Assembly: GCA_015680685.1 (NCBI GenBank)
Contig: MNCI01002977.1
Location: forward strand, 248,001 to 312,000
Direction of reading: 5' to 3'
DNA length: 64,000 nucleotides
DNA from: Gnetum montanum
Lineage: Eukaryota; Plantae; Gnetophyta
How positions within the stretch are numbered: position 1 is the first letter of the stretch; every line of letters begins with the position of its first letter. Made by a program: the position numbers and the translations under genes. Under the pieces are notes generated by a model. It had not been told where the DNA came from. It saw nothing but the letters and a program-made list of their open reading frames with translations, and did no database searches. Shown piece by piece: positions 62,190 through 64,000 of the stretch.

Positions 62190-64000
62190 CCACTTGACCT
62201 TTCGTGGGTTGATCAGAATGTAAGGTCGAGGCGTTTTGCCAGGGCCCATGCTCATATCACTATCCTTTTCTTGGAAGGACAACTCAACCCATGCGTTTTT
62301 GATTTGAGGGTTGGTTCATTGGACCGATCCCTTCGTTGCATGATTAATGCATGCATGAATAGGCGCTTCATCTTCAGAGGTTATAACTTCTGAACCTTGT
62401 TCCATGCCTATGTTGCTAATTGCTTGCGTTACCACTCCATCACCGTGGATTATCACCTCCCTACCTGCATATGGTATGTGGATTTCCTGGTGTATAGGCG
62501 AGGAGACAGCCCTAAGTTGTGGTAACCACGATCTTCCCAATATCAGGTTAAACCTGGGCATTTCTTCGACCATGATGAATGTTGCATCTATGGGGAACTG
62601 GTCCCCTGCTATGAAGTTTACATGAACTGTGCCCTTCACTAGGATGCGTGCCCCATTGAAGGACCTCAGACACGATGTCGCTATTGGTTTAATCTAGTTT
62701 ACCAATCCCAACTTATCTATAATAGGGAAGGAAATGACATTTGTGGCAGCCCCATCATCGACGTGTATCCTTCAAATCCGGTGTTGGACGACCCAAATTG
62801 TGATGAAGAGAGGTGCCATAGTCACTTGACCTCCTTTGGGATCTTCCTTAATGGTGTTGCTACTAGAAGTTAATTGAGGTATTGTAGACTCTGTGGGTAC
62901 AGAGGGGAGTATGACCGAGTGGATCGCTTCCTCTTCAGCTAGCATGTTTTTGTCAACCAGAATCACCGTTAACATGCGGACTAGAGCCTCGTAGTGGGGT
63001 ATAGATGTCATGACTATGTCGTACAAGCTCAATGTAGCATTTTTCTACTTTAGGGCTTGCCCGACCTAGGTGAGGGTATCCAAGAAGTCTTAGCCACCCA
63101 CCTTTTTAACACTTTCCTCTTCTTCGATTCATCCTAGAAGACAAATCTCTCAAGGAGAGACGACCTCAGACCTAGGTTTAGATCCTTGTCGACAAGGTAA
63201 TGCAAGTTGTCTAATCGTGTTGACCTTCATCTTAGGTGAAGAAGATGCAAATGCGAGGGGCAAAGATGTAGGTTTGGGGATACTCTTGACAGTACTTCCG
63301 TTTGACGTCTCACCCACCAAGTAGGCTTCTCACCTTATGGGGCGAGGAGGTTGTTTAATGATGTTGCAGGGGAGAGGGGCTATTGAAGACATTGGTCCCC
63401 TAATGATGAATGGAGCTAGAGGTGTTAATTGACGAGACTGCATGGCCTCACCAGCGGGTGATACGAAGGTAGATGCCCATGCTGGGACTTTCAAGATAAA
63501 GAGTGGCTATGAGCTCAGACCAACCATTGGTGGTGTTGGTGCACTACGCTAAGGCACATGGATCACAAAAGGCTGGTGGGGTGGCATGGGATCATTGTCA
63601 ATGCCAATGGCATTGATTACATAACCAACATTATTGGCATTGAGGGGATCTATGTAGACATACATAGATTGATTTTCAGGGCGTACTAGGTTGCTTTCTT
63701 CCAGCATCAGCTTCCCTAGATCGATCAATCCTTGGATGTCATCCTACAACAATAGAGAATAATCCGTGGTGTGACCACATAGTTGGTGGTAGTCACAAAA
63801 CTTTTCCAGCCTGAAACCCCTAGGAACTGGAGGCTCATTGGGTAGGGCCAAAGAGAGATTCCTAATGAGCTCACAGTAGCATTGGTGTATTGCATTTTCT
63901 TCTTTTTACATCTGCTTCTGTTGGATGTATTCCACTGCCAATAGTTGCTTCAGGAGTTCTAAAGTTTTAAGAGGCAATGTGGTGTATTTCGAGTGATATT
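62190..64000 (-). pseudogene. gag: E3 gag C-terminus and protease
   Basis: FRLEKFCDYHQLCGHTTD knuckle; IHVDDGAATNVISF; LRSFNG; FNLILGRSWL. Confidence 0.9.

Larger units (their letters stand above)
54681..64000 (-). mobile_element. E3: younger Tat/Ogre-like element (5' end outside window) with a short PR-RT spacer
   Basis: 3' LTR 54681-56701, PPT 56702-56714, long pol ORFs, PR, gag C-terminus; retains more CpG. Confidence 0.95.

Noticed and set aside
1-64000. Excess CTAG and CATG and many TAG/TGA stops as a signal
   Set aside because: Explained by deamination of methylated CG and CHG sites in silenced plant TEs.

Overview
Plant nuclear heterochromatin-type DNA, heavily CG/CHG-decayed; fern/lycophyte/gymnosperm-like is only a guess. 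It is almost entirely a nest of LTR retrotransposons. Four relatives (E1-E4) of a Tat/Ogre-like Ty3/gypsy family show the order gag-PR, long spacer, RT-RH-aRH-INT; E2 has a tRNA-Asn PBS. Also present are a gag-only Sirevirus-like Copia, an Athila-like pol, a TG..CA insert and a U2A' (SNRPA1) pseudogene. Nesting read from TSDs: the SIRE sits in the E1 3' LTR, E2 sits in the SIRE 5' LTR (TSD CTTTC) and the insert sits in E2 aRH (TSD ACTAC). E1 probably sits in E4 and E3 interrupts the Athila integrase. Main discovery candidate: about 50 copies of a 24-nt motif, NNNC-Y-GCYA-N-GNNN-WWAAAC-TRGC, in nine arrays at the same three positions of the Tat/Ogre-like elements. Its two helices covary, as expected for a tandem H-type RNA pseudoknot. 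Secondary candidates are a spliced antisense accessory gene inside the PR-RT spacer, family-specific CG palindromes shared by the LTR and that gene's upstream region, and a motif lattice with ~190-bp spacing. All calls are by eye; no alignments or database searches were run.
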